A stretch of DNA of 64,000 nucleotides from Psilocybe cubensis (lineage: Eukaryota): contig CM039009.1 of NCBI GenBank assembly GCA_017499595.2, forward strand, positions 1,550,001-1,614,000, written 5' to 3'. The notes beneath the pieces were generated by a model, which ran no database searches, was not told the origin of the DNA, and saw only the letters and a program-made list of their open reading frames with translations. Made by a program: the position numbers and the translations under genes. This document shows positions 61,419 to 64,000 of the stretch, in pieces; the first letter of the stretch is position 1, and each line of letters opens with the position of its first letter.

Positions 61419-61912
61419 ATGCGTAATGCGGAGAGGCGTGAGGAGCGGGATGTGATGGGTGCAAGTAAAGAAGCAGCGGCCGACACAATGGAGAATCTGA
61501 AGGAGCGGGATACAATAGGTGTCAATAAGAAAGCAGAGGCCAACACACATAGCATAGAGAAGCGGCAAGAACGGGATTCAATAAGTGCAAATCAGGAAGT
61601 AGTAGCCAATATATGTAGCACTGAGAAGCAGGAGGAGCGGGATGCAATAGGTGGAAATAAGGACACATCTGTCAACATGTGTAATATGGAGACGCGGGAG
61701 AACAGGCTTAGCTCAGAGACGAGGGATGAGATGGGTGCAGATAAGGAAGCAGTGACGGATACGGGTAACACGGCAAAGCGGGATGAGGTGGTTGCAGATA
61801 AGAAAGCAGTGGGTGCATTCAATGGTAAAAAGGCCAATACTACAGGAACAGATATCACTGGGCAGGATATCAAGATGACAGGGGATGCATATACCAGCAA
61901 GAAGGAGGATAC
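61419..61912 (+). repeat. Degenerate ~60-66-bp coding-like tandem repeat (ERD..G.NKEA.A.T units), interrupted by Copia-4
   Basis: (GA)GCGGGAT anchors at ~61443, 61503, 61570, 61635, 61721 and 61777, within ORF 61263-62006. Confidence 0.6.
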
Positions 61913-64000
61913 TGTTAAAACTGCTCTCTATGTCTCCCTCACTTTGCTATCTTATCAGATTAGATTACTTTCTTCTTATCTTCATTGGCTCTCCAGACCA
62001 TTCTAGACACATGATATTTATCAGTCCATAGACTGGTCTGGACCGGACCAGAGTAGACCTAGGTAGACCAGAGTACTTGAGTCTACATAGTATATAGTCA
62101 CTCTAGTTTACATCCTGAAGTCCCCAGTTACTCACTTCGGACTTCAGACGCTTTGTGCTCGCTTATTCCTGCGCCCTACGTTCTATAACTAGGTCGCCGA
62201 GTAGCTCACACTGCCCCAAGCTCGCCTGCTTCAACAAGTTATGGGCCCGCGCTCTAAGCACTCCAATTTCGTGTTTTGCAAACCAAGTTGTTTTCTGCAT
62301 AGTTTTCACAAAACGGTCATTGTAGTCTTTTTTTGCTTTTTATCCTCTACCAGGCCCGGCCATACATTGCCGCTGCTAGTAGGGTTGAACGAGCACGCCT
62401 TACGCGACTTGTTAACCTTGGTTGAGCGGGCCCACGTCACCTAATCCCCGAGTTATTTCTAGTTAAAAGTAACCTTTTTAAATTAGGCTAGTTTAACTTT
62501 GTCTTTTCAACTTGCGTTTCCATTGCATCCCATGCTCCAGATAACGCCTAGTTTGTTTCCATACATTATTACACAATCATACACATTACTACCAGCACTT
62601 GTATCCATCTACTTACGCGTTCCTTCGCAATTCGCAATAATGACTTCTGATCCCCAAATCACTCCATTGAACTCAACCAACTACAACACCTGGGCAGGCC
62701 AGATGACCGCCTATCTCCAGTCTAAAGGGATATGGCGCATTGTCAGCGGTGCTAGAGCACAGCCAACGCTCTCAGACAAGCCTACTGCTTAGGAGGAAGC
62801 TTTGCTTGAAACCTACTTTGAGCAGAGAGACAAAGCATGTGGTTTGATCTATCTCAGTTTGGAGAATGATCAGAGGGTTCATGTGGAAGCCATCAAGGAT
62901 GATCCTATCAAGATGTGGGATGCCCTTGCTGCTGTACATCAGCAAAAGCGCCCTGGCAACTGCTTTAATGCATATGATGATCTGTTCTCCATCCGAAAGG
63001 AGGAAGGTAAAAACCTTCAAACCCTAATCAATAGAGTTGAGCAAGCCATGTTGCTAATTCAGCAGCTTCGCCCTAAGGGGCTTGATCTGGCTAAGCTTGA
63101 TGAAGAGCTTGCTTCGCTTGCTCTGGTCAGGGCACTCCCAGAAGAGTACAGTTCATTTGCATCCTCACTTCTCCTTTTGGACAAGTTGGACAAGGCTACA
63201 ATTCATCAAGCCTTTGTCACAGAGGATATACAGGTCGCCGCGCTTCGGAGTTGCCTGCACTCGCCACCGCGTTCCAGACCACTCCAGCCCCTTCTGCATC
63301 CAAGCCCAAGTGCGCATTTTGTGATATGGCCAACCATGCAATGGACAAGTGTCACAAGTTCATTGCTGCGCAAAAGGATGCGACGAAGCGTGTCAAAGCG
63401 GCTCGCAAAGGCGGCAATAGAGCGCACAAGGCCTCAGAGGCATCCAGTGAGGAAAAAGAGTCCAAGGACATGGAATTTGCTGGAAATGCAAGTGCTCTTA
63501 ATACCGATGTTCCCTCTTCCATTTCACCCCAAACTAATGACGATTGGATTGCAGACACAGGGGCGACTTCTCATATGACGCCCCATCGCAATTGGGTTAG
63601 AAATTACACCCCCCTTCGCATTCCAATCCGATTAGCAGATGAACGAGTTATTTATTTTGCAGGGGTGGGCACTGTATTCTTTGAACTGGTTGTAAATGGA
63701 ATAAAGTCAAGAAGCGTCGAGTTAACTAGAGTTTTACATGTACCAGATCTCCGAAACAATCTACTGTCTGTTCTATACCTCACAAAGCACAAAGGCTTCA
63801 AAATCACCATTGATGCTAATCTGATGGAGTTTCATCGCAAAGGAGCTTGTCTCTTCTCTGCAGATGTTAGTACATCAAACTGCGCTTTATTGAACGGTTA
63901 TACAGTTCCTATTTCGGAGTCTGCCTTTATTTCCTCCAATTTCACTCTACCCCTTGATATCAGTCTCTGGCATCGTCGTTTTGCTCATCATAGCTACATT
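61913..64000 (+). mobile_element. Copia-4: 5' LTR (61913-62236), PBS and the start of a disrupted gag-pol; runs off the window
   Basis: TGTTA...TCAACA, then AGTTATGGGCCC. gag from 62640 (LNSTNYNTWAGQMTAYLQSKGIWRIVSG), stop at 62790, frameshift at ~63240, protease WIADTGATSHM, LWHRRFAH. Confidence 0.9.

Overview
This is intron-rich fungal genomic DNA, most likely an Agaricomycete (basidiomycete), with two very different parts. Bases 1-~14.9 kb are CpG-rich and gene-bearing: an orphan 7-exon coiled-coil gene, a 5-exon DUF92/TMEM19 gene and an 8-exon glycogen synthase. From ~14.9 kb onward the window is a transposon-dense block that is mostly CpG-eroded. It holds a young full-length Copia (14962-20586) and an older Copia (21032-50662) expanded to ~29.6 kb by four nested insertions: a 1.3 kb TIR element, an unclassified 0.75 kb insert, a 15.7 kb KDZ (Kyakuja-Dileera-Zisupton) DNA transposon and a full-length RNase H-bearing LINE. 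After it come a CACTA/EnSpm-like transposase relic, a Copia fragment, a Tc1 (DD34E) element and the 5' part of a fourth Copia. The most interesting object is the KDZ element (27233-42925). It has both ~245-bp TIRs, a 7-bp TSD and six intron-containing genes. Three match the known core: KDZ transposase, TET/JBP dioxygenase and an HMG-like protein. Three are extra cargo, including a split Zn2Cys6-like protein with a long EK repeat that the ORF track breaks up. At least five of the six genes carry stops or frameshifts, and most of the stops are C>T/G>A type. All exon structures, alignments and mismatch counts were done by eye; no searches were run.
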